From a virus (taxonomy: Duplodnaviria; Caudoviricetes): a DNA stretch of 58,285 nt. Both the position numbers and the translations under genes were made by a program. The DNA is taken from positions 1-58,285 of IMG/VR virus record IMGVR_UViG_3300030207_002897, one strand, 5' to 3'. Of this stretch, positions 20,989 through 29,628 are shown in pieces (positions within the stretch are counted from its first letter, which is position 1; the number at the start of each line of letters is the position of its first letter). The notes beneath the pieces were generated by a model. That model was not told the DNA's origin. It did not search any database and saw nothing but the letters and a program-made list of their open reading frames with translations.

Positions 20989-21426
20989 TTAACTGTCTGT
21001 TAGGTTGATTTCTAAATCCTGCAGTGTCAGGGTTTGCCCTGCACTTACACTTTTAGTGCCACCGAAATCCCAGTAAGCAAATATCTTTCGACTATTAGCT
21101 GTGCTGTTTTGGTCTGTAAGAACAGCTCCGGTTGCATTGGTTATAGCACCCGCAAAATCTAAATCTTTTATTTGTATCCAGGCTTTGTCGGTACTACTGT
21201 CAGTGTGGCTTAACACATTAAATCCCGATCCATCTCGTGTTACAGCAGCAGTTTTGCCTGCAACAACATCGCTGGATATTTCGCTGTAGTTATCTAAGTC
21301 TTCAGGGTTAGCCGGTACTGAGCCAGTTAAAATTTCTACATTGAAATTAGTTCCCTCTACCGACCCTGCTTGGAAGGCCAGCTTCAGGATTTCTTCTTTC
21401 CCTCGGTTGGTTACTTTACTAGCCAT
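20989..21426 (-). CDS. Small beta-sandwich structural protein (fibre subunit-like)
   Basis: 145 aa; VTNRGK start and IFAYWDFGGTKSVSAGQTLTL end, a pattern common in small phage fibre/tail proteins. Confidence 0.55.
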   Translation of the reverse strand: MASKVTNRGKEEILKLAFQAGSVEGTNFNVEILTGSVPANPEDLDNYSEISSDVVAGKTAAVTRDGSGFNVLSHTDSSTDKAWIQIKDLDFAGAITNATGAVLTDQNSTANSRKIFAYWDFGGTKSVSAGQTLTLQDLEINLTDS

Positions 21427-21440
21427 TTATATCTTTCCTA

Positions 21441-21463
21441 TAAGATGCCAAAATGTCGTGTTA
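21441..21463. promoter_or_regulatory. 23-bp palindromic site, copy 2 (TAAGATGCCA-AAA-TGTCGTGTTA)
   Basis: Intergenic, immediately upstream of the SD of 20989..21426. Confidence 0.8.
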
Positions 21464-21468
21464 ATATA

Positions 21469-21840
21469 TTATACAGTCTCTATCTCTTTTATTTCTACCT
21501 CAAGACAGCCAGGCTTCATGACTTCTCCACGCAATACATGAAGGTCATCTATCTGCTCGTCGTCCCCGAATACACCAGCATATCCTAGTGCATCGAGCGC
21601 CGCCTTGTTTATGTTGTCTATGTCCCTGCGCCTGCGGTCAGGCATGGTAGCTGTTATCTTTACTTGAAGCCTGCCAAGTAATGGTCGAGGATCTTCCACA
21701 TCATCAGATTCAAAAGCACTATTAATAGCAGTATAGACAGCATCACGATACTCACGGCCTCTCCTTGATATGATAACCCTCCCCTTAACTGCACGCCAAT
21801 AGGTATTAACGCTAGGTGGATAAGGTATTATTATGACCAC
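21469..21840 (-). CDS. rusA: RusA-family Holliday junction resolvase
   Basis: PYPPSVNTYWR and PDRRRRDIDNINKAALDAL...DDEQI motifs. Confidence 0.93.
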   Translation of the reverse strand: MVIIIPYPPSVNTYWRAVKGRVIISRRGREYRDAVYTAINSAFESDDVEDPRPLLGRLQVKITATMPDRRRRDIDNINKAALDALGYAGVFGDDEQIDDLHVLRGEVMKPGCLEVEIKEIETV

Positions 21841-22225
21841 AGTTTCCCTCCATTACTAGTTCATGTACATACTCCATAACCTCGTCTTCCGTGACTCGGT
21901 TAGGAGCCCGTAACTCAGGGTCTTTAATCCTTAGCCACGACTCAAGATCGTAGTGAAGTATATCATGGATGTACTTGTACGCAAGCTGCTTAGCGTGAGG
22001 CATAGCAGCAAGGTCATCCATGTGGCACTTCTTGCAGGCCCTGAAATAATTTTCTTCTTTAGCCCAGGCATGGTGTGGTGCCTGGCTTTTCCTTTCCATC
22101 TCATGAGTCTCCAGTGGAAACCCAGCATGATGTGTGGCACCGCACACCCAACACTGCCGCCTGTTATCTGCCCAACTCTGCCGCTCATTTAACAAATGTT
22201 TAATTTCAGATGCTGTCTTCTTCAT
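21812..22225 (-). CDS. HNH-like Zn-binding protein
   Basis: CWVC...LETHEM...NYFRACKKCH pattern. Confidence 0.55.
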   Translation of the reverse strand: MKKTASEIKHLLNERQSWADNRRQCWVCGATHHAGFPLETHEMERKSQAPHHAWAKEENYFRACKKCHMDDLAAMPHAKQLAYKYIHDILHYDLESWLRIKDPELRAPNRVTEDEVMEYVHELVMEGNCGHNNTLST

Positions 22226-23405
22226 CCTTACCCCAGCCGTTTGTTAGTAGATTCATTGCGTTGCCTCCAATAAAATTCTTTATTGTTATGTCGTCGTACC
22301 CCATGTCCAGCAGGTGCTTGGCAATTAATGGGAAGTCAGCCGCTGTCGTCATCTCATCAGGTGGATCTGTAAAGCCATCGAAGTCTGAGCCTATAGCGGG
22401 TACGTCTGCCCCTGCTACATTGACCATATGATTAAGCGTCTGCTCTATGTACTTAAGACCATTCCCTTCATGGTGGTGAGGTGTTAGCCAGTAGTTCATG
22501 AAGATAATGCCAGCACAACAGCCTCTGTCGGCCATCCACTTTAGCTCCCAGTCTTGCAGGTTATATGAAAGTCTATGCACTTCGCTAGCTCCGACGTGGC
22601 TTGCCATTAAAGCGTGGTCTTTGTCGTGAGCGTCCACTATATCGTACACTTCTTTCCGTCCTCTCAGTGTCATGTGAGTTACATCTATAATCATGCCCAA
22701 CTCTAGCATCGTCTCAACAATCTCCACCCCTGTTTGAGTTAGCCCGCCGGACTCCTCCCAGTTGCCCGCCAGGGAGTGAAAGTTTTTTATATTCTTTTTC
22801 TCTGGCTCAGGGTAAGGAAACACACACGACTCCACCGCTGGATTGGGATAGAAGTGGGCAAGGGTTAGATAAGCACAGCCCTTTGCCCACAGCTGACGAA
22901 GGTTAGAAATAATTTCTTTTTGATCCCCTGGTCCGCCATCACCTATCAGTGAGTGTGCCCCTTCAACCGAATGAACTATACAGCTTTCGCCATGATTAAC
23001 CTTACTAACTAGGTGATGTTTATCTCTAGCTATACATACACCATCGCATTGATTCACGCTATCTTCTAGGTGTTGCATCATATCTAACGTGACTTGGAAG
23101 TAAGTAGGATCGAGAATCTTTTTCCTGAACTTTGGAGATAGCTTGGAAAGAAATTTTATTAAGGGCACATCATCAAGCCACTCGCGTTCGAGTACATAAG
23201 TGGTAGCCAATGATACATCTATGTGATCCTTAAGATCATCCAGAGATACACGGTGACTAAAAGGCCAGAAGGTGTACTTAAACAGGCGGGAAAGAAATTT
23301 CTTTTTGTTCATGCTCCGGGAGAACATGTAGCTTTTAAGATGTGGGTGTGTATGCAGATCAACAGACACGCCATTATAAAACTCTTTGGTGCTTTCAATA
23401 ATCAT
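22206..23405 (-). CDS. Membrane dipeptidase (peptidase M19, amidohydrolase fold)
   Basis: DLHTH, VEGAHSL, YLTLAH, GLTQTG...GMIIDVTH, ASH and IGSDFDG motifs. Confidence 0.9.
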   Translation of the reverse strand: MIIESTKEFYNGVSVDLHTHPHLKSYMFSRSMNKKKFLSRLFKYTFWPFSHRVSLDDLKDHIDVSLATTYVLEREWLDDVPLIKFLSKLSPKFRKKILDPTYFQVTLDMMQHLEDSVNQCDGVCIARDKHHLVSKVNHGESCIVHSVEGAHSLIGDGGPGDQKEIISNLRQLWAKGCAYLTLAHFYPNPAVESCVFPYPEPEKKNIKNFHSLAGNWEESGGLTQTGVEIVETMLELGMIIDVTHMTLRGRKEVYDIVDAHDKDHALMASHVGASEVHRLSYNLQDWELKWMADRGCCAGIIFMNYWLTPHHHEGNGLKYIEQTLNHMVNVAGADVPAIGSDFDGFTDPPDEMTTAADFPLIAKHLLDMGYDDITIKNFIGGNAMNLLTNGWGKDEEDSI

Positions 23406-25015
23406 CGTTTACCTAATTCCTTTTTAATAGCAGAGCGGAGCCAAGCCACAGAGATGAAAGGTTTACCAGCCATGCACGACTCAAGGTACCAAGTCGGAAC
23501 ATCTTCGACTAACGTCCCACGGAACTTGCCGAACAGCATACGGGCTCCGCGCTTCTTCTTGCGGACATTGCCCTGAGCATTCTTTCCGAAAGGATCAATG
23601 TCGAGAGTATGGTACTGGGCGTTCGCTTCGATTTGCCTACGCCTCTCACGTTCCTCCTCTTCCCTTTCTTCTCGCACTTGTCGCTGTGCTTCAAGCATTG
23701 CTTCGTCTAACTCGACAGCCTGGCCAGCTTCTAAAATATTTTCTTTTGCTTTCCCCAGAACATCCAGCCCCATGTCGCCAAGCATTACATCAGCTGAGGT
23801 TACTATCTTGTGGGCAAGTGATGAGTCAACTAAGTCAATCATTCTGAAGTGTGGCTTAGCAGAATCCTTTATCGCCTCACGTCTGGATGCAGCATCACTG
23901 CCGTCAAAATCAACCACACCAGGCAGAGGCCTAGTACCCCTACCAAATATCTGTGTGTAAAGAGCACGGCTTCTTGTCGGTCTAGCCATGACAATGTTTC
24001 GTAGGTCAGGATAATCCCAGCCAGTAGTAAGAATACCCACGTTGCAAACATGCGTGATACCTCCAGCATCTTCCTGAAAAGAACGCATAACTTCCCGCCT
24101 GTGTTCAGGTGTGCATCGTCTTGCGTCTGATGCGATCCAGTCTGCTCTGATTCCATAGTTATCTACTAGCCTTTCAGCAACTAGCTTAGCTTCTTCTATG
24201 CTGCTGCAATAGATTACAGTCTTCTCGCCTTCGGTTTCTTTTGCAGTAATGTCGGCGATCTCCATTACTGTCTCAGACTTTTCAAGCAGTGCATTCAGTT
24301 GTGTTTGCCTAAAGTCTCTGCCATGTATTGTGTTAGAAGTCTCCACGCCAGAGAGGTCGAGGGACTCAAGCTGTACGCAGTGGGTAATTGCAGGCGTGAG
24401 CCACCCTTCACCCACCGCATCTCTAATACCGTACTGATAGACGCACTCTTCGTAGCAGTTGAGCATGGCTTTCTTGTCGTGTCGCTTAGCCGTAGCTGTA
24501 ACTCCAAGAACTTTGGCTCCGTCCCTTCGATAGTAATCAAGTAGCTCTTTCCATTTAGGTGTAATGGAAAGATGGGCCTCGTCCACCACAACAAGCCCAA
24601 CGTCCCTAATCCTTTCATATCTAGGCGGGTCGCCAGAAGATAGAGTGTCTTTTGATGCGACGACATATTTACTACGTCCCCATGGCGTTTCGATTGACCA
24701 GTTCTTTGCCTGCTCTACGCCAGGCTGCTCGCCAGTTCTTAAAAATATTTTCTTTGCAGCCTGGGATATTAGCTGGATGTAAGGAGCGATGACTAAGCAC
24801 CGCCCCTTACTCCAGTCCTTGGCGACTTGGGTAAATATTTCTGTCTTACCTAGACCTGTAGCTAGCTCAACCAGTATAGAATCATGATCCTCAAAACCTT
24901 TTTCTATTGCAACCCTAGCTTCAGATTGGTAAGGGCGTTCGCAGAAATAATTTAATTGTCCTGGCTTTCCTTGGCGGCGCGGCTGAGGAACCCCGTCCCA
25001 TAACAACTGTTGCAT
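23402..25015 (-). CDS. SF2 DEAH-box helicase with C-terminal DUF3820-like motif
   Basis: RPYQ, ATGLGKT, DEAH, TAT, LTTGWD and QIFGRGTR motifs; tail MLFGKFRGTLVEDVPTWYL. Confidence 0.93.
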   Translation of the reverse strand: MQQLLWDGVPQPRRQGKPGQLNYFCERPYQSEARVAIEKGFEDHDSILVELATGLGKTEIFTQVAKDWSKGRCLVIAPYIQLISQAAKKIFLRTGEQPGVEQAKNWSIETPWGRSKYVVASKDTLSSGDPPRYERIRDVGLVVVDEAHLSITPKWKELLDYYRRDGAKVLGVTATAKRHDKKAMLNCYEECVYQYGIRDAVGEGWLTPAITHCVQLESLDLSGVETSNTIHGRDFRQTQLNALLEKSETVMEIADITAKETEGEKTVIYCSSIEEAKLVAERLVDNYGIRADWIASDARRCTPEHRREVMRSFQEDAGGITHVCNVGILTTGWDYPDLRNIVMARPTRSRALYTQIFGRGTRPLPGVVDFDGSDAASRREAIKDSAKPHFRMIDLVDSSLAHKIVTSADVMLGDMGLDVLGKAKENILEAGQAVELDEAMLEAQRQVREEREEEERERRRQIEANAQYHTLDIDPFGKNAQGNVRKKKRGARMLFGKFRGTLVEDVPTWYLESCMAGKPFISVAWLRSAIKKELGKR

Positions 25016-25830
25016 CCTTCTCCTCCACAGTCAACACAGGCAGCAACAGGTTCACACTGGCTGATGCTGTCGATGACTTCATCTAGGTTATTCTTTATTC
25101 GAGTAAACTTACTGGCAACATACTTACCTTCCGTTGGATTGTAAGAGATCTCTTCCATCTTTTTCCTGATGGCTCTTAGTTGTCTCGTCGAATTTTTATA
25201 TGGCTCAGCCAGTTCGGTAATCCAAGCGTCGATGTCTTCATATTCAATTCCCTTTCCTTCTTGTATAGATTTAGCTGCTTTCTTTTGGTCTCGCTTGTCC
25301 ATCTTGACAAGCTCTTTGATTTGTTTTGCCGTTGCTTTAACATCACCCTTTAGTACAGATGTCTTTACTTCGGGCTCAAGCTGGTCGATGTCTTTAGCTA
25401 GTGACACATCACGTTGCAATGTTCTTACGCTAACCCCTTCATCACTTGCTAGCTCAGCAAGTTCTTTCCCTTCTGTCTCCCCGAATCCGCCATGAGGTTT
25501 CATCTCCTTAGCGATCCTTTGCCCACGAAGATATTTAATTTCCATAGGCATGAGGTTTCTTCGGCCTGCTTGCTTATCTATTATCCATTGCTTAGCTTCT
25601 TCTCTGCTATCAAACTCAAGATCAAGAGTAGTATAGTCATAGCCACCATGCGTACAGATCCCGTAACGATGATGACCGTCGATAATAGTATTATCCCAAA
25701 GGATAATAGGATCGTAAGCCATTCCCAGTGTTCTAATTGACTCTTCAAGGCTGTCATATTCCTCGCTGTTTAGTGGACGAAGTAGGTCTTTGAACTCTTC
25801 ATCAATCGAAATGTTTGTCTGTTCCGCCAT
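24952..25830 (-). CDS. ParB-like protein with HTH and C-terminal Cys4 Zn finger
   Basis: PIILWDNTIIDGHHRY, LASDEGVSVRTLQRD and CVDCGGEGCNSCYGTGF. Confidence 0.8.
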   Translation of the reverse strand: MAEQTNISIDEEFKDLLRPLNSEEYDSLEESIRTLGMAYDPIILWDNTIIDGHHRYGICTHGGYDYTTLDLEFDSREEAKQWIIDKQAGRRNLMPMEIKYLRGQRIAKEMKPHGGFGETEGKELAELASDEGVSVRTLQRDVSLAKDIDQLEPEVKTSVLKGDVKATAKQIKELVKMDKRDQKKAAKSIQEGKGIEYEDIDAWITELAEPYKNSTRQLRAIRKKMEEISYNPTEGKYVASKFTRIKNNLDEVIDSISQCEPVAACVDCGGEGCNSCYGTGFLSRAAKESQDN

Positions 25831-26008
25831 GGGACTCTAGCTCCTCTTGTCTTGAAACGTATAGTTGTCTAATAATATTTTTTGTTTTGTCCCCCAGGTT
25901 CATGGCTTTAATTGCCTGCCCTGAATCCCGCAGCTCTTCCAAGCTACGAGATTCATAAAGGGCCTGCGATATAACATGAACCTGTAAGATGTTAATGAAG
26001 TCACCCAT
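25802..26008 (-). CDS. Hypothetical protein
   Basis: 68 aa, fills the gap in the operon and overlaps both neighbours. Confidence 0.6.
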   Translation of the reverse strand: MGDFINILQVHVISQALYESRSLEELRDSGQAIKAMNLGDKTKNIIRQLYVSRQEELESHGGTDKHFD

Positions 26009-26615
26009 CCAACTTGCCTTTCAGTTCTGTCAGTAAAGACATCAGGTCTTGCACCTGATCTCCTGACCAAGCTGCATCAGTGTACCCGTTGATTGCTTCC
26101 CACTTTTCTTCTAGCTGTGCTAGCGTGGTGCAACTTTTAAGGGATGAGACTGCACGATCAAACATGTTTAACTTAGCTGCCCTTGGTGAGACGACTGCAT
26201 CAGGGTCATCGCCTGTTTCAATCAGAAAGAACTCACGCAGTGCATACTTCTTAGCTAATGTCATAGCCTTTGATGCACGCTTGTCCCCTTGGTCAGAAGC
26301 CTCAGCAAAGACCTCAACAAAAGCCTGGTCACCAGTGTCAACATGTTCAAATATAAACCTTCTCTTACCTAAGAACAGAGACATGCGGTGCCCCTTGCCG
26401 GTGGTGTAGTCTTCTGTCTTAACTACCTCACATGTATCAGGGTACATAACAATGCCATGCTCTAGCATGACAGGCCGAAGCTCATTGATTAACTCCTTCT
26501 CTCCGGCATAGGTGTAGCCGTAGTTGCCTGAGCCTACCTTGCCTTTCTTCTGGACGTAACCAATGTCTTTCATTACTGCGAGCTGTGCTGCTCGTAAGCT
26601 GTTGTGTTTAGCCAT
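26001..26615 (-). CDS. ERF-family single-strand annealing protein
   Basis: GYTYAG, DQGDKRASKAMTLAKKYALREFFLIETGDDPD motif. Confidence 0.88.
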   Translation of the reverse strand: MAKHNSLRAAQLAVMKDIGYVQKKGKVGSGNYGYTYAGEKELINELRPVMLEHGIVMYPDTCEVVKTEDYTTGKGHRMSLFLGKRRFIFEHVDTGDQAFVEVFAEASDQGDKRASKAMTLAKKYALREFFLIETGDDPDAVVSPRAAKLNMFDRAVSSLKSCTTLAQLEEKWEAINGYTDAAWSGDQVQDLMSLLTELKGKLDG

Positions 26616-27441
26616 TCTCTAACATATCCTCCAAGCTAATGATTTCACCCCATCCGTCAGTGTGCCACTCATCCATAGCGGCACACCATTTGATGCGGTC
26701 GATAGTCTGATGATTCAATAGCCTCGCCTGGCCAATGAAGTCTTCAGGTAATTCAAATACGATTGTCTCGTATGGTGGGAAGTTTCTGATTGCCACAAAG
26801 ATAAATCTTTTTGCACCGAACACATCGCAATAGTGTGCTGCTTGATGCTGGTAGCCATACTTCCAGATGGCATCCTTTGCGAACTCTCTTCCTAGATGTT
26901 GGCGTGTGGTCTTGAAGTCTATGATTAACCCCTCATCACTGAAGTCTGCATCACACATAGCCTTGCAAGTCACGCCGTTTATTTGGTTCGTGGCCACTAC
27001 CTCGCTGCGATCAGATGTAAGTCGCTCTAAGTAGGGACGGATGGCGGGGTTATCCCATGCTGAGCTACGCATACCTTCAACCTGCTCAAACTCTTTCGGA
27101 GTTAGGATAATCTTATCCTTATTCTCTTCCTCGAATTCAGATTTGAATTCTCGGTGAGCCTTCTTCCGTAGGTTTAGCTTCTCTGGTTGAATGCCACCTA
27201 GGTCAAGCCACTCTGGCATTACCGCTATGGAATTGGAGGAGTTGGAATCCACAGCCATGATGCTATGAAGTGCCGACCCTATTCGCATGGCATCTGACCT
27301 TGGTTGCTCGGGTGTGGACCGTGCAACGTAGCGATGGTAGTAAGACCACGAACCTTGTGTTCTAAAATCTTTGAGTGCTGTGTTTGATATGTGAGGCAGC
27401 TCAAAGTATTCTGCTTCACTTACAGGTAAAACCTCTTTCAT
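26608..27441 (-). CDS. RecE/DUF3799-like PD-(D/E)XK exonuclease
   Basis: ISNTALK, GSALH, CKAMCD, IIDFKTT and YQHQAAHY motifs; adjacent to ERF. Confidence 0.88.
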   Translation of the reverse strand: MKEVLPVSEAEYFELPHISNTALKDFRTQGSWSYYHRYVARSTPEQPRSDAMRIGSALHSIMAVDSNSSNSIAVMPEWLDLGGIQPEKLNLRKKAHREFKSEFEEENKDKIILTPKEFEQVEGMRSSAWDNPAIRPYLERLTSDRSEVVATNQINGVTCKAMCDADFSDEGLIIDFKTTRQHLGREFAKDAIWKYGYQHQAAHYCDVFGAKRFIFVAIRNFPPYETIVFELPEDFIGQARLLNHQTIDRIKWCAAMDEWHTDGWGEIISLEDMLENG

Positions 27442-27445
27442 TTTA

Positions 27446-27820
27446 CTACTCCTCCTGTTGTAGTTTTCTCCTTTGGGTTACTTCCTTTACCATGGCAGAC
27501 CTCAGTTGTTCAATAGACTTTTGTCCACACATCGGTACAGTTTTAAGAAGATGCTCATCTGAAACCCCGACCAGATCTCGCATGTATGTGTACCCCATTT
27601 TCTCAAACAGATTGATTATCTTATCATCCAGTTCAAGCAATGCAAGGGGTGTGTCTCCAAGTATTGCATTCTTTGTGTCTTGTTTTGATAGCTCAGCCTC
27701 ATCAATAGCAACATGGGCTGCATCGAAATGCCCTGACTTAAGCAAGACGTATACCCGCTCGGCTATCTGCCTCGCATAAGCATCACTGATAGAGTAATTA
27801 TTTTTTAACTGCCCCATCAC
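27446..27820 (-). CDS. Stand-alone RNA polymerase alpha C-terminal domain protein
   Basis: TPLALLELDDKIINLFEKMGYTYMRDLV...LLKTVPMCGQKSIEQL aligns with alpha-CTD (LELTVRSANCL...LLKTPNLGKKSLTEI). Confidence 0.8.
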   Translation of the reverse strand: MMGQLKNNYSISDAYARQIAERVYVLLKSGHFDAAHVAIDEAELSKQDTKNAILGDTPLALLELDDKIINLFEKMGYTYMRDLVGVSDEHLLKTVPMCGQKSIEQLRSAMVKEVTQRRKLQQEE

Positions 27821-28010
27821 TCACGCTCTTAGGTCGGCCAGCTTTCCTGGTTAGTAATGAAAAACTTTCTAGTTCTTCTTGGTCTATGATCCATATACCA
27901 GCAGGCAAGCGGGTAGCCTTAATCTTTTCAGCTCTTATTAATTGCCGAACCCTGCTAGTTGAAATACCTAGTAGCTCGGCTGCTTCTTTAGTAGTCTTAA
28001 TGTTATTCAT
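27798..28010 (-). CDS. Excisionase-like (HTH_17) DNA-binding protein
   Basis: TTKEAAELLGISTSRVRQLIRAEKIKATR...WII, AT-hook-like GRPK tail; ATG at 28010. Confidence 0.85.
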   Translation of the reverse strand: MNNIKTTKEAAELLGISTSRVRQLIRAEKIKATRLPAGIWIIDQEELESFSLLTRKAGRPKSVSDGAVKK

Positions 28011-28018
28011 AATATATA

Positions 28019-28046
28019 ATGCTAACGTATACGGAATGTTTGTCAA
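28019..28046 (-). promoter_or_regulatory. Sigma70-like promoter for the leftward recombination/replication operon
   Basis: TTGACA-16 nt-TAGCAT, 8 nt before ATG 28010 (near-leaderless); spacer contains the palindrome CGTATACG. Confidence 0.6.
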
Positions 28047-28062
28047 TCAAAAAGGTATAGTT

Positions 28063-28260
28063 ATGCCCCTTGGTAAAAAGAAAAATAAATCTGACGACCG
28101 CGAAAGTAGACAGGCTGATCGTCGCCAATATAAAATAGATAAGATAGCTGCCATCACCGAGAAGGCTAAGGCAGTTGCTTCTAAAAGGAAATGGTTGGTG
28201 ATATTATTAGTCGTTGGTATAGCGGTATTTATGCTCATCAAATCGAAAGGAATTTTCTAA
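28063..28260 (+). CDS. Small basic membrane protein (one C-terminal TM helix)
   Basis: ATG 28063 with AAAGG; WLVILLVVGIAVFMLI. Confidence 0.7.
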   Translation: MPLGKKKNKSDDRESRQADRRQYKIDKIAAITEKAKAVASKRKWLVILLVVGIAVFMLIKSKGIF

Positions 28261-28445
28261 TGAAGAAGTGGTACGAAAGTAAAACAATTTGGTTTAACGT
28301 AGGTACAATGGCTGTGTCTGGGCTAACTGCTCTAGCTGGTAGTGCTTGGATAGCAGAGAACCCTATAGCTGCAGCCATAGTTACATGTGCTATTGCTATA
28401 GTTAATGTGTTCTTGCGTAAGATAACGGATGAAGGAATCGAATGA
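28260..28445 (+). CDS. Putative holin (2 TM)
   Basis: MKKWYESKTIWFN...VNVFLRKIT pattern of small phage holin-like proteins; TAATG coupling. Confidence 0.65.
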   Translation: MKKWYESKTIWFNVGTMAVSGLTALAGSAWIAENPIAAAIVTCAIAIVNVFLRKITDEGIE

Positions 28446-28693
28446 GTTGGTTTACTGACAATGCACTAGGGGTTATATCTCTAGTAGGTTCAGGGCTCGG
28501 TGCATTTGCCGGTGCTGTGTGGTGGATGAGTGCTTTGTATTCTGAAGTTAAAAGAATAAACACTACACTATCAGACTATATGTCTGACCAAAAAGCACAG
28601 AACGTGCGTGTCTGGGGTGCTATTGATGGCATCGACAACAGGCTGGATGAACATGACAGGCGTATCACTACGATTGAAACAAAGATAGAGTGA
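28442..28693 (+). CDS. TM plus coiled-coil protein (holin/lysis accessory-like)
   Basis: N-terminal TM, C-terminal RLDEHDRRITTIE; ATGA coupling. Confidence 0.6.
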   Translation: MSWFTDNALGVISLVGSGLGAFAGAVWWMSALYSEVKRINTTLSDYMSDQKAQNVRVWGAIDGIDNRLDEHDRRITTIETKIE

Positions 28694-28699
28694 CGCCTG

Positions 28700-29461
28700 T
28701 TAGTTCTTCCTTCTCTTAACTCTTTGTTGGTAGCTATGCTTACGATCCTTTTCTAGTATTGCGAACGCATCCTTCTGCTCTCCCGCTCCGGGGAAACCAT
28801 CAAGGCCTGCCTCGTATGCAACCCTGACGTTTGTCTGGTTCCACTTGTTTCCGTTAGCTCTTTTCTTCTTGCTTAATTTTCTTACTATCTCTGACCAGCT
28901 GGTGCCTGTGTTCTTCCACTCTATCATCTGGCACACTAGCTCTCTTTCTTTGTAGTCTGGTATGAATGCCGCTTGTCCGTCTGATCGAATGATCTTGTAA
29001 CCTATCGGCGACTGCTTATTGACTGGCCTGCCTTGGCCTTTAATCTTAGCCATCGCATCGGTCATCTGTCTGCTCTTTATTTTCCTGTTAAAGGTAGCGT
29101 ATGTTCTTACCAAGTCGAACATTATCTCGCCGCTTGCCGTTGCCATATCAACCCCTGTCTCCAGGATATTAAAATAAATATTTCTTTCTTGCAGCTCCTC
29201 GATAGTATCAACTGCGTTCTCTATGCTGACGAAACATCTATCTAGTTTGTAGGCTATGATGTAGTCGCCGCTGGTCAGTCGGTTAAACAACTCCTCGCCC
29301 GCCTGACGCTCGAATATATTTATTCTCCCGAACACTTCATCATCTACAAAGAACCCCCCGAACTCTCCATCGAATCTATCCAGGCTAGATAAAATAATTT
29401 TTTCCTGGTGTGCCCTGGATAATCCTTCTTCTGATGAGTCTCTTATGTAACCGTAAATCAT
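28700..29461 (-). CDS. Serine recombinase (resolvase family)
   Basis: YGYIRDS, GDYIIAYKLDR, GVDMATASG, PIGY and a C-terminal HTH. Confidence 0.88.
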   Translation of the reverse strand: MIYGYIRDSSEEGLSRAHQEKIILSSLDRFDGEFGGFFVDDEVFGRINIFERQAGEELFNRLTSGDYIIAYKLDRCFVSIENAVDTIEELQERNIYFNILETGVDMATASGEIMFDLVRTYATFNRKIKSRQMTDAMAKIKGQGRPVNKQSPIGYKIIRSDGQAAFIPDYKERELVCQMIEWKNTGTSWSEIVRKLSKKKRANGNKWNQTNVRVAYEAGLDGFPGAGEQKDAFAILEKDRKHSYQQRVKRRKN

Positions 29462-29475
29462 TTTGCTATCCTTAT

Positions 29476-29509
29476 AAAATGAAAGGGGAGCAGGTTGCCC
29501 TACTCCCCT
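29476..29509 (-). terminator. Intrinsic terminator downstream of ssb
   Basis: GGGGAGTAGG-GCAA-CCTGCTCCCC then TTTCATTTT. Confidence 0.75.
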
Positions 29510-29605
29510 CTCGAACTTCGGAGATTACACTGATGTGTACGACTACCGTTACACGCCACCTGTAGCTGGGCGACCCATCGTGCTTATCGCACAGTCAGGG
29601 CTGAC

Positions 29606-29628
29606 TAACATGACATTCTGTCGTCTTA
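29606..29628. promoter_or_regulatory. 23-bp palindromic site, copy 3 (TAACATGACA-TTC-TGTCGTCTTA)
   Basis: Overlaps the ssb stop codon. Confidence 0.85.
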
